DNA of 64,000 nucleotides, taken from NCBI GenBank assembly GCA_964497535.1, contig CAZCCG010000001.1:194858-258857 (forward strand), given 5' to 3'. The notes beneath the pieces are model-generated. The model worked only from the letters and a program-made list of their open reading frames with translations, had not been told where the DNA came from and ran no database searches. The position numbers were made by a program, and so were the translations under genes. Source of the DNA: an uncultured Gammaproteobacteria bacterium (lineage in GTDB: Bacteria > Patescibacteriota > Microgenomatia > Levybacterales > UBA12049). This document shows positions 26,985 through 34,491 of the stretch, in pieces; the stretch's first letter is position 1; every line of letters begins with the position of its first letter.

Positions 26985-27470
26985 TTACTGCTGAGTAGTT
27001 CTCTCGGGTTCTGGGTCAGGGGGAGCCTTGCTCATGTCAATGCTAGCAATTGGCGTGAGGCTTCCCTCCTCGTCGCTTCCTCGAGGGAGGAAGGTTACCT
27101 CCCACCCGCACGTGCGGTAATGTTCAGCAACTCGCCGATAGACGAGTCGGGCATACTGAGGCGGTACAGTCCCTTCCCATACGAATAGTGCTTCGTTGAG
27201 TCGTACCACCGATATGCTCACGTCGAAGTCATCGGTGGTCAACAGCGAATCGATCGCTAACTCGCAGACAGCGTTCGCTGCTTGAATCACGCGATCTACT
27301 CGTATGCGACGCCGCTTGATCGACGGTGGCGGTCTGTCGCGGGAACCCATTTCACTCCTCCCCTTCCATAGTCTATGAGCGCCTCCGTGGATACCAGCTA
27401 GGGTACCCACAAAGCCACTCACAGCAAAAGGATTAGCTTTACCACGAACTATTAAAGAACTACTAATCAT
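26985..27470 (-). CDS. hypothetical protein (island gene 2); likely start at the internal MGSRDRPP preceded by GGAGGAG
   Basis: 161 aa ORF. The internal Met at about 27350 has a strong Shine-Dalgarno site. Terminator hairpin GGGCGGCCCC..GGGGTCGCCC at 26949-26982. Confidence 0.45.
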   Translation of the reverse strand: MISSSLIVRGKANPFAVSGFVGTLAGIHGGAHRLWKGRSEMGSRDRPPPSIKRRRIRVDRVIQAANAVCELAIDSLLTTDDFDVSISVVRLNEALFVWEGTVPPQYARLVYRRVAEHYRTCGWEVTFLPRGSDEEGSLTPIASIDMSKAPPDPEPERTTQQ

Positions 27471-27516
27471 AAATAAGATAGAGTTTTTGTATCTACAGAA
27501 GGATAGATTTAGTTAG

Positions 27517-27557
27517 AGGAATATAGCAGAAAGAATAGTACATGTCAACACTACAGG
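27517..27557 (-). promoter_or_regulatory. consensus sigma70 promoter P2 (TTGACA-N17-TATATT)
   Basis: On the minus strand: CCTGTAGTGTTGACATGTACTATTCTTTCTGCTATATTCCTC. Confidence 0.7.
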
Positions 27558-27636
27558 ATGTTATGTTGAAGGAGGTGCCATTGACTGAAAAGGACTAAAG
27601 AAAACCCCCTTCAGCAGAAGCCGAAGAGGGTAACGA

Positions 27637-27882
27637 TTAACTACAGTATGGGCAAGGGATTTTCCCCGCATCTGCCATAGAGTCGAGGTACCCTTTCCCG
27701 TGGCAATGTGCGCAACGAGTCACGGTTTTATGGCCGAATCGTTGCGAGTGCTCGTTCTGCTGGCCGGTTCCTCCGCACCACGTGCAGGTGAACCTGCCTG
27801 AGTCGGTCATAGAATCCATCTTGCCGGTGCCGTAGCAGCCGGCACAGATCTCTTCCCGTGGGCCACCCTGATAGCTACTCAT
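27637..27882 (-). CDS. small cysteine-rich protein with four CxxCxGxG repeats (DnaJ CR-type zinc-finger-like)
   Basis: 81 aa. CAGCYGTGK, CTWCGGTGQ, CAHCHGKGY, CPYC. AAGGAG Shine-Dalgarno site. Terminator at 27590-27636. Confidence 0.6.
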   Translation of the reverse strand: MSSYQGGPREEICAGCYGTGKMDSMTDSGRFTCTWCGGTGQQNEHSQRFGHKTVTRCAHCHGKGYLDSMADAGKIPCPYCS

Positions 27883-27911
27883 GTATGTCTCCTTTCAGAC
27901 ACCACTATTGA

Positions 27912-28304
27912 CTACTTGATCCATAGGGCATACTGCCCTACCGGAACCAATTTACCCTTTCGGGTAAAAGGCAGATCCGCTACACGGTATCCCTCCCTCA
28001 TCAGCCTAGCATGCAACCGAGTCGGCTGATCAGGGTGAGGAAATACCCCATGCATCTCCCATCCCTGAGCGAGAGCCTCCTGCGCCGTGTGAGGAAATGC
28101 CTGGACGAGTTCGTGAACCTCATCCTCCGTCAACCATTCCGAGAGAGGGCTTAGCTCCCTCAGGTCGTGGAAGAGCTTCTGACGACCTGCCTCTTCCCGC
28201 GGAAGAAGCCGATCATCTTCGTACCAGTGGGTATCCGGCATATAAGTCTCCTCTCGATGAATATGGCGTTGAAGAAATATAGCATACATACGTCCGGGAG
28301 TCAA
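27912..28304 (-). CDS. hypothetical protein (island gene 4); likely start at the internal MPDTHWYED
   Basis: The track ORF opens with TTG inside promoter P3. The internal ATG has an AGGAG Shine-Dalgarno site 7 nt upstream. No recognisable domain. Confidence 0.5.
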   Translation of the reverse strand: MTPGRMYAIFLQRHIHREETYMPDTHWYEDDRLLPREEAGRQKLFHDLRELSPLSEWLTEDEVHELVQAFPHTAQEALAQGWEMHGVFPHPDQPTRLHARLMREGYRVADLPFTRKGKLVPVGQYALWIK

Positions 28305-28313
28305 TACTACAGG
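28271..28313 (-). promoter_or_regulatory. consensus sigma70 promoter P3 (TTGACT-N17-TATATT)
   Basis: On the minus strand: CCTGTAGTATTGACTCCCGGACGTATGTATGCTATATTTCTTC. Coordinates plus or minus 1. Confidence 0.7.
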
Positions 28314-28378
28314 ACGTGAGTTTGGGGTGGAGGGAGTTTGAACATACTGTTTTTAACAAAGACGCCTTGGAAATTAGT

Positions 28379-28684
28379 CTAAATCAGACCGGAAAAAAGC
28401 AGAATCACAACCACTGCGGTAATAGCTGCAAAGACTCCTACCGTTTGGACAAATAGGGTTACTGCTCCTTTTTTCTTTCCTTCAATAAAAAGCTGAAGTG
28501 GTTGATAAAAAAACAGGTAGGCCATTACTGTGACAGAGAGGGTGAGTAATGATATAAATGTGATTGGGGCCAGAATTGTATCAGGTTTGTGCCTTTGAGT
28601 TTGAGACACAAAATTTATAATGATGACAACGAGAAATATGTAAGCTGAAGCGCTCAGAGCATTAATAATAGGATTCTTAGACAT
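28379..28684 (-). CDS. small membrane protein (3 TM)
   Basis: 101 aa and hydrophobic throughout. Confidence 0.45.
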   Translation of the reverse strand: MSKNPIINALSASAYIFLVVIIINFVSQTQRHKPDTILAPITFISLLTLSVTVMAYLFFYQPLQLFIEGKKKGAVTLFVQTVGVFAAITAVVVILLFSGLI

Positions 28685-28724
28685 AGGTTAATTCTATCAT
28701 ATTAGCTCTCGGTGAGAATTTGCT

Positions 28725-29657
28725 TTGGTAAGCTCAGCAGTTGACAAACTATTTTCAACGGAGTACTGTAAAGAAGAAATGGCACAAAAAGTACAAAATT
28801 CCTCGGGTTATTTACTCTTTTCTGGAGCTATTCTTTTAATAACATTCATTCTTAACCTCAACGTTGCCAGTCTTATCGGAATTCCGGACAATCTCAACAC
28901 GATTCTTGTCTTACTCTTGGGTGTTGTCTTTGTATTTGCTCAGGGGTCAAAAGCTTTGGGATGGAAAAATATTATTCTTTTTGCACTCTGCGCAGTTCTT
29001 ATTAGTTATGTATCCGAAGTTATAGGAGTTGCAACAGGACTTGTTTTTGGTCCGTACTATTATACTGATCACTTGGGTCCAAAAATTCTAGGCGTTCCTC
29101 CTATGATTCAAGCAGGATATTTGGCAATGGGATATGCAAGTTTTATGATTGCTCGGCTCATTTTAGGAGTAACGAGCCAATCAATTAAAGGGTGGTCGAT
29201 GTTAGTAGTTGCACTCCTGGGATCATTTATTATGGTTTCGTGGGACGTTGTTCTGGATCCTTATCAAGCAACCGCAGCAGGAGATTGGATTTGGCCAACC
29301 GGAGGAGAACATTTTGGAATCGGTATGCATAATTACTTTGGTTGGTTTGGCACAATCTTTCTTTATATGATCGTTTATCTTCTTATTGCAGCACGCGTAC
29401 CGGAAAAAGGAGACAAGGTGTTACAGAAAAGTAAATACTTCTTAAGCCAACCTGTTTTGTATTATCTGAGTTATGCCTTAGGGATTATTTTGGTTCCATG
29501 GATTGGTGGAGTAATGTATCCCTATGTTCAGGCAAGAAATTATAACGCTCCTCTCCAAACCTTAACCTACTCAATTTCACTTATTGGCACATTTGTAATG
29601 GGAACTCCGGTTGTTGCCGCTTTAGCGCGCCTCTTTGTTGAACCTCAAAAATCCTAA
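28725..29657 (+). CDS. polytopic membrane protein, DUF422 / carotenoid-biosynthesis-associated membrane protein-like
   Basis: 310 aa, TTG start. Conserved GLVFGPYYYTDHLGPKILGVPPMI and WDVVLDPYQATAAGDWIWPTGGEHFGI segments. Confidence 0.45.
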   Translation: MVSSAVDKLFSTEYCKEEMAQKVQNSSGYLLFSGAILLITFILNLNVASLIGIPDNLNTILVLLLGVVFVFAQGSKALGWKNIILFALCAVLISYVSEVIGVATGLVFGPYYYTDHLGPKILGVPPMIQAGYLAMGYASFMIARLILGVTSQSIKGWSMLVVALLGSFIMVSWDVVLDPYQATAAGDWIWPTGGEHFGIGMHNYFGWFGTIFLYMIVYLLIAARVPEKGDKVLQKSKYFLSQPVLYYLSYALGIILVPWIGGVMYPYVQARNYNAPLQTLTYSISLIGTFVMGTPVVAALARLFVEPQKS

Positions 29658-29670
29658 CACTTTCCATTTT

Positions 29671-30051
29671 CTATCCTTCTACTTCAACTTGAAAACCGCC
29701 GTAAGCCATTCTCTTCATGTCAAAAGGCATAGTAAAGTCTTTATACTTTTCTTCTAGCTTTTTCATCTGTTCCATGACCTTAGCATTAACCTCGTCTCGA
29801 TGTTCTTTGGATTTAAAGACGATAAAAGAAAACCAAACTGTTTCATCTTTTTTTGCCTTTGCCATTTCCGTAAATGCTAACGGTTTTTCACCGCCCATTT
29901 CCTGGGGAACAAGATCATCACCGCGGCATTCATAGTATTCTAACGCTCCATATTTCATCCACATATCACGGCCTTCTTCTGCCATTTTTTTGTATGTCTC
30001 AGCTTTGTCTTTTAGAACTACAATTACAAATCCATCCACGTATTTTGCCAT
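29671..30051 (-). CDS. DUF1428 (YbaA-like) protein
   Basis: 126 aa. MAKYVDGFVIVVLKDKAETYKKMAE...AYGGFQVEV is typical of the family. Confidence 0.65.
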   Translation of the reverse strand: MAKYVDGFVIVVLKDKAETYKKMAEEGRDMWMKYGALEYYECRGDDLVPQEMGGEKPLAFTEMAKAKKDETVWFSFIVFKSKEHRDEVNAKVMEQMKKLEEKYKDFTMPFDMKRMAYGGFQVEVEG

Positions 30052-30141
30052 AATTTATTCACCCCTTTCCTGATACTAAGTTGGGTTAGTAGTATCCCAT
30101 ACACCAAAATTAATTGCAACCTCAACGAAAACATTTTTTTA

Positions 30142-30666
30142 CTATTTTCCGTTTTTCCATGACCTTGCCATAAAGCGTTCTTCTTTTCCTGTTAGTACGT
30201 CAATGACTTTTTTAAGATTTTTTTCTTTTGCATCATTTGTTTTAAGCCAGGAAAAGTAGCGTAAAATCTCCTTTTTTCTACTGGGAATTAATTTTTCCCA
30301 GTTGCTTTGTGCAACAGGGTTTTTATCAAGAGCATCTTGAAGAAAAGGGATCATCTTATATTCCAGCGGTTTTGAATTATGTTCAATGTCAAAAGTAACT
30401 TCTTTGCCGATTATTTCACTAATACTTTTTGAAAACTTTATCTTTGCGGCTTTGGCCATGATTATATTGATATAAAGCCTCCAATTTCCTTGATATCTTA
30501 CGAGTGATTGGTAAAATATAGCCCCATTTAACTTACCCTTTATCGATATTGGACTCGTTTGTTTTCCTGCTTGTTGAAAGATGGCATGCAAAATATCATC
30601 TGGTGGACGGACGTAAGGATTGCCGTTGATAATAGAAACTGTTGCAGAAAACTTGCGAGTGGACAT
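30142..30666 (-). CDS. DUF1905 / YdeI-OmpD-associated family protein
   Basis: 174 aa. An N-terminal DUF1905-like beta domain (SATVSIINGNPYVRPPDDIL...) and a C-terminal YdeI-like segment. Leaderless: TATAAT lies 7 nt before the ATG. Confidence 0.55.
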   Translation of the reverse strand: MSTRKFSATVSIINGNPYVRPPDDILHAIFQQAGKQTSPISIKGKLNGAIFYQSLVRYQGNWRLYINIIMAKAAKIKFSKSISEIIGKEVTFDIEHNSKPLEYKMIPFLQDALDKNPVAQSNWEKLIPSRKKEILRYFSWLKTNDAKEKNLKKVIDVLTGKEERFMARSWKNGK

Positions 30667-30671
30667 GTAAA

Positions 30672-30700
30672 AATTATAGCAGAAGCAAAGAGTGCTCCCC
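30672..30700 (-). repeat. 29-bp direct repeat (promoter -10 region) copy 1, followed by a decayed copy of the tRNA-Asn 3' end
   Basis: AATTATAGCAGAAGCAAAGAGTGCTCCCC is identical to 31106-31134. The flank GGCGTTAGAACCT resembles the tRNA T-arm GGATTCGAACCT. Confidence 0.7.
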
Positions 30701-30719
30701 TAATGGGCGGCGTTAGAAC

Positions 30720-31097
30720 CTATTTCCTTTTGAAGAAGACTAATTTGTATCCGTCAGGATCCTTAATTACGAATTCCCTACTGCCCCAAGGATAATCTTG
30801 CGGTTCACCTAACGGCTTAAGTCCTTTTTCAAGGAGGTTTTTATAATAGTCATCAACATTTCCCACGCTGATATGTATATACTGACCTGCACCTTTGCTG
30901 GTTGCTTTAACATCTTCCTTAAACTCGTCTGTTACGATTTTATCTTCAAGCAATAGTTCAATCCAAAACCAATTCAAATATGCAGTAGCTGAAACACCTG
31001 GGATACGCTTTTTGAATTCAAAACCAAGCATTTCATAAAACGCAGTCGACCTTTGGAGATCGCGAACCAAACAAATAACACCCGCAACACTTTTCAT
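30720..31097 (-). CDS. VOC family protein (glyoxalase/bleomycin-resistance fold)
   Basis: 125 aa. Leaderless: TATAAT lies 8 nt before the ATG, inside direct-repeat copy 2. Confidence 0.7.
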   Translation of the reverse strand: MKSVAGVICLVRDLQRSTAFYEMLGFEFKKRIPGVSATAYLNWFWIELLLEDKIVTDEFKEDVKATSKGAGQYIHISVGNVDDYYKNLLEKGLKPLGEPQDYPWGSREFVIKDPDGYKLVFFKRK

Positions 31098-31105
31098 ATA
31101 AGGTA

Positions 31106-31134
31106 AATTATAGCAGAAGCAAAGAGTGCTCCCC
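31106..31134 (-). repeat. 29-bp direct repeat copy 2 (overlaps the last 6 nt of tRNA-Asn)
   Basis: Identical to 30672-30700. Contains a TATAAT used as the -10 box for the VOC gene. Confidence 0.7.
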
Positions 31135-31200
31135 CGCGAGGATTCGAACCTCGAACCTTTTCGTTAACAGCGAACCGCTCTACCGTTGAGCTACAGGGGA
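31129..31200 (-). tRNA. tRNA-Asn (anticodon GTT)
   Basis: On the minus strand: TCCCCTG TA GCTC AACGGTA GAGC G GTTCG CTGTTAA CGAAA AGGTT CGAGG TTCGAAT CCTCG CGGGGGA G. Cloverleaf with a 7 bp acceptor stem, T-loop TTCGAAT, and anticodon loop CT-GTT-AA. Confidence 0.85.
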
Positions 31201-31439
31201 ATATATTTTTTAATAAACTGTCTTCCTTGATAACTTTTTAACTGTTTTTCTCTTCTAAGTGCGCTTATTCTATCCTTTGTTTCCTCGTTATATATTAGTT
31301 GCCATTCTCCGTCAAGTTTTGCGGTAAAACTATTCTTAAACGCTCTTTCTGTATGTAATCTCAGCCTTTCTTCTAAATTCTCTGTTTGGCCGACGTATAT
31401 TCTATTATGCTTCTTATTGTATAAGGCGTAAACTATCAT
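31191..31439 (-). CDS. GIY-YIG nuclease-superfamily small protein (YhbQ/UPF0213-like)
   Basis: 82 aa. IVYALYNKKHNRIYVGQTENLEERLRLH is a GIY-(x10)-YIG signature. Its 3' end overlaps the tRNA 5' end by about 10 nt. Confidence 0.65.
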   Translation of the reverse strand: MIVYALYNKKHNRIYVGQTENLEERLRLHTERAFKNSFTAKLDGEWQLIYNEETKDRISALRREKQLKSYQGRQFIKKYIPL

Positions 31440-31450
31440 ATCCTGCGAAT

Positions 31451-31487
31451 TGCTCTACCTCCGCCAGCTGGCGGAGAGCTACAGGGG
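31451..31487 (-). other. tRNA-Asn 5'-fragment pseudo-copy with the D-loop replaced by the 18-nt palindrome CTCCGCCAGCTGGCGGAG
   Basis: On the minus strand: TCCCCTGTAGCTC-[TCCGCCAGCTGGCGGAG]-GTAGAGC, against the tRNA's TCCCCTGTAGCTC-AACG-GTAGAGC. Lies directly upstream of the GIY-YIG ORF. Confidence 0.6.
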
Positions 31488-31598
31488 ACTATGTTTAATC
31501 TTTGATATTTTATCATTAACTAAAGGCTAAATCTACCTTTGCATTTTCAAGGAGAAATAACTTCTTGATATTTCTCCAAATATTGGTACAATAATCCT

Positions 31599-31994
31599 AT
31601 GAAAAAGAATCCGGTTGTGCATTTTGAAATGCCGGCCAAAGACAGAAAAAGAGTTGCCAAATTCTATACCCAAGCCTTTGGATGGAACATGCAGCAAATG
31701 GGAGCAGATATGGGTAACTATGTTCTTGCCGGAACGACAGAAACTGACGCCAACAATATGGTCAAAACTCCCGGAACAATTAATGGCGGTTTTTTTGATT
31801 ATAAAAATGATGATCTCAATCGTGTTCCTCATTTAGTAATTTCAGTAGACAATATTGAAGAGAGTATAGAAAAAGTAAAAAAAGAAGGCGGTAAGATCGC
31901 CGGAGATATTATGGAAATCCCGGGAATTGGCAGATATATATCTTTTTACGACACCGAAGATAATGTCGTAGGCATGCTCCAACCAAAAATGTAA
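31599..31994 (+). CDS. VOC family protein (glyoxalase-like)
   Basis: 131 aa. Leaderless: TTGATA-N17-TACAAT lies 6 nt before the ATG. A 9 bp hairpin GGAGAAATA..TATTTCTCC overlaps the -35 box. Confidence 0.7.
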   Translation: MKKNPVVHFEMPAKDRKRVAKFYTQAFGWNMQQMGADMGNYVLAGTTETDANNMVKTPGTINGGFFDYKNDDLNRVPHLVISVDNIEESIEKVKKEGGKIAGDIMEIPGIGRYISFYDTEDNVVGMLQPKM

Positions 31995-32017
31995 GGTATT
32001 TCAGCCTCTCACCTTTT

Positions 32018-32395
32018 ATGAATACTATTGGTTATTTTGAAATCCAGGCGGATGATCCCCAAAAAGCAGTAACGTTTTATAGTGAAATCTTTGGATGGAA
32101 ATTCGTACGGGATGACATGATACCGGTGGAATACTATCGAATTGAAGGAGCCGGTCCATATGGTGGCCTCCTCAAACGTCCTGCGCCAGTTCCTTCCTCC
32201 CAGAGCGGTACCAATGCATATGTTTGCTCCATACAAGTTGAAAATTTTGACAAGACTTCGGAGAAAATTTTAAAACAGGGTGGACAAGTAGCCCTTCCCA
32301 AATTTGCAGTATCCGGAAAATGTTGGCAAGGATATTTCCTGGATCCCCAGGGAAATACATTTGGAGTCTTTCAAGTCGACGAAAACGCTTCTTAA
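32018..32395 (+). CDS. VOC family protein (glyoxalase-like)
   Basis: 125 aa (MNTIGYFEIQADDPQKAVTFYSEIFGWKF...). Paralog of the upstream gene. Confidence 0.7.
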   Translation: MNTIGYFEIQADDPQKAVTFYSEIFGWKFVRDDMIPVEYYRIEGAGPYGGLLKRPAPVPSSQSGTNAYVCSIQVENFDKTSEKILKQGGQVALPKFAVSGKCWQGYFLDPQGNTFGVFQVDENAS

Positions 32396-32459
32396 AAATT
32401 CTTGGCTTACTACCAAATTGATCCTGGCTGTCGAGTAAAAATAGTGTATAATAAGGGCT

Positions 32460-32579
32460 ATGGCAAAAAGAAATACAGGGGTGGGGAAAAGAAAAAGAAC
32501 CCATTCACCCAAAACCAAAAAAAGGCTTGAGATTAAATTTGCAATGCTCGCCAAAAAAGCGAGCAAACGACGCAGATAA
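32460..32579 (+). CDS. unannotated 39-aa highly basic small protein (MAKRNTGVGKRKRTHSPKPKKRLEIKFAMLAKKASKRRR)
   Basis: Not in the ORF track because it is under 60 aa. TATAAT lies 6 nt upstream (leaderless). KRKRTH recalls ribosomal protein bL34, but the rest does not match. Confidence 0.35.
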   Translation: MAKRNTGVGKRKRTHSPKTKKRLEIKFAMLAKKASKRRR

Positions 32580-32588
32580 AAAGAAAGA

Positions 32589-33161
32589 TTATTTTCCTTC
32601 GTAGGCTTTTTTCAGTGCGGCAATATCAAATTTCTTCATTTGCATGAAAGCAGTAGTTATACGATTTACTTTTTCATGATCCGGGTCACTTAAGTATTTA
32701 TTCAAAACCGTTGGAACTATTTGCCACGTGACGCCGAATTTATCGGTGCACCACCCACATTGCTCAGCTTCCGGCTTTGCCGAGAGCGCTTTCCACAATT
32801 GATCTATCTCTTCTTGGGTTTCACAGCTGACAACAAATGAGATTGCAGGAGAAAAGGTAAATTCCTTAACCGGTCCGCCGTTTAAGGCAACAAATTTCAA
32901 ACCCCGAATTTCAAATTCGACCGTCATAACACTGCCGGCTGGTTTTCCAGCCACTTCAACTGCGGCTTCAGGGTATTTTTGAATAGAAAGAATTTTTGAA
33001 TTCAGTCCGCCAGAGGCGAGATCTTGCTCTTTCAAGGCGGAGAAAGTCTCAACATAGTAGGTTGCTGCTTCTTCGGCTTGGCTATCAAACCACAAAAATG
33101 GAGTTATTTTTTGCATAGATTTCTTTATAGCTATCTTAATTGATATAAAAACTCTTGTCAA
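32589..33161 (-). CDS. VOC family protein, PhnB-like (start probably MQKITPFLWFD)
   Basis: ITPFLWFDSQAEEAATYYVETF is typical of PhnB/3-demethylubiquinone-9 3-methyltransferase-like VOC proteins. Confidence 0.65.
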   Translation of the reverse strand: MTRVFISIKIAIKKSMQKITPFLWFDSQAEEAATYYVETFSALKEQDLASGGLNSKILSIQKYPEAAVEVAGKPAGSVMTVEFEIRGLKFVALNGGPVKEFTFSPAISFVVSCETQEEIDQLWKALSAKPEAEQCGWCTDKFGVTWQIVPTVLNKYLSDPDHEKVNRITTAFMQMKKFDIAALKKAYEGK

Positions 33162-33204
33162 ACAGAAGTAAATCTAGCCGACTAAAAAGTCCTATAGTCT
33201 TGAC

Positions 33205-34491
33205 ATGCAGCTCGGCTTTTGTTATACTCTAGCCATAATTACCATGGCTAAACATGCACAATCCCCAAAAAGCAGGAATGGACTCATAGTGACTATGATA
33301 ATCATGGCTGCTTTAGCCATGCAACTTTTTATCGCGTTTCACTTTGAAGGCACCGGTGATACAGGAGCGTGGCGGTTGATAGGCAAAACAGGGTTGCATG
33401 GCCAACAGTATGGAGTAGGAAACGGCACGGTATACGATGGGGATTGTCCGGCTCTATGCGGAAATTGGCCTCCTTTTACGTATCATTCTTATATTATTAC
33501 CCGGTGGCTGTATGAACAGGTGAATCCATTTCGATTCCCGGATTATGGCTATTACAAATTAATTCCCATAGGGAGTTCCGGCCTTATCCTGTATCTCATT
33601 TATAAACTCGCACTTCTCTATAAGCTCAAGAATCCTTTACTGCTTGTTTTTCTTTACGCCTTTCACCCATTATCTTTCTACATTACTGCATACCATGGTC
33701 AGAGGGAGGTTACGTGGTTGGCACTGCTGCTTCTTTCGATCCTCCTTTTGCAGATGAAGCACTATATCTGGTTTGCCATACTTTATGCAGGAAGTGTATC
33801 GGTAAAAATTCCTCCGTTGTTATTTGCGCCATTTCTTTTTCTCAAATTACCAACCGGAAGAAATCGGGTACTATTTGTTGTGCTTCTTCTTCTCATATTT
33901 TTTGTACTGAATTTGCCTGAAACCGTGCTTTATACTTCCAATGTTGGTAGACAAGTATTCCTGTATCCCGGAATACCTAGTTGGTGGGGGTTATCCGGCT
34001 TGGAAACGAGAGTATCTGGTGTTGTAGGCCAGCCTTCTTTAGCCCAACTGTTGCTTCCCCTCAACAAAGCTCTTTTGTATGCATCAATTCTTATTATAAG
34101 TGTTTATTTTTATTTCAAAAAAATGCCAATTATTGAGAGTTGTTTGGGGGTTCTTATGACGGTTTTTGTGTTTACCCCAATCTATGCATCAGAATATATG
34201 CTGTGGCCTCTGCCATTTATGGTACTTGCCTATTACAAATACACACCATTATTTTGGTTCTATTCATTGTTCGCTTGCTTCGCTGCTATAAATACCTATG
34301 GAATATTTGGAGTGCGTATTCTTGAGACACTAGTTTTGAAACTTCCGCAAACCACCCTTTATTCTACCCTATTACATTTATCTATTCCTTGGGATCTGTA
34401 TATGCCTTTGTGGATTGTGTGTATCATAGGTTTGTTTACTGTAGCAAAAAGAATAAACCATTCAGCTAGTTCGTCAGGAGGATTAAGATGA
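33205..34491 (+). CDS. polytopic membrane glycosyltransferase, GT-C fold (ArnT/PMT/GT83-39-like); true start probably MAKHAQ at about 33244
   Basis: 428 aa, more than 10 TM. A TTGACA-N17-TATACT promoter overlaps the track start. Followed by a GT2 gene and a LAB_N gene, forming a polyprenol-P glycosylation module. Confidence 0.5.
   Translation: MQLGFCYTLAIITMAKHAQSPKSRNGLIVTMIIMAALAMQLFIAFHFEGTGDTGAWRLIGKTGLHGQQYGVGNGTVYDGDCPALCGNWPPFTYHSYIITRWLYEQVNPFRFPDYGYYKLIPIGSSGLILYLIYKLALLYKLKNPLLLVFLYAFHPLSFYITAYHGQREVTWLALLLLSILLLQMKHYIWFAILYAGSVSVKIPPLLFAPFLFLKLPTGRNRVLFVVLLLLIFFVLNLPETVLYTSNVGRQVFLYPGIPSWWGLSGLETRVSGVVGQPSLAQLLLPLNKALLYASILIISVYFYFKKMPIIESCLGVLMTVFVFTPIYASEYMLWPLPFMVLAYYKYTPLFWFYSLFACFAAINTYGIFGVRILETLVLKLPQTTLYSTLLHLSIPWDLYMPLWIVCIIGLFTVAKRINHSASSSGGLR

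Noticed and set aside
27912-28684. Coordinates in this stretch
   Set aside because: My position counts in this stretch disagree with the ORF track by 1 nt in places. Feature coordinates here are plus or minus 1, and I kept the track coordinates for CDSs.
31129-31200. Possibility that tRNA-Asn is a pseudogene because of a G27-A43 mismatch
   Set aside because: Position 27-43 is frequently non-Watson-Crick in genuine tRNAs, and all the other stems and the T and D loops are canonical.
32172-32566. Minus-strand ORFs (110 aa and 98 aa) antisense to the VOC gene and covering the basic mini-ORF
   Set aside because: They are antisense to a confident VOC gene and overlap the leaderless small ORF. They have no features.
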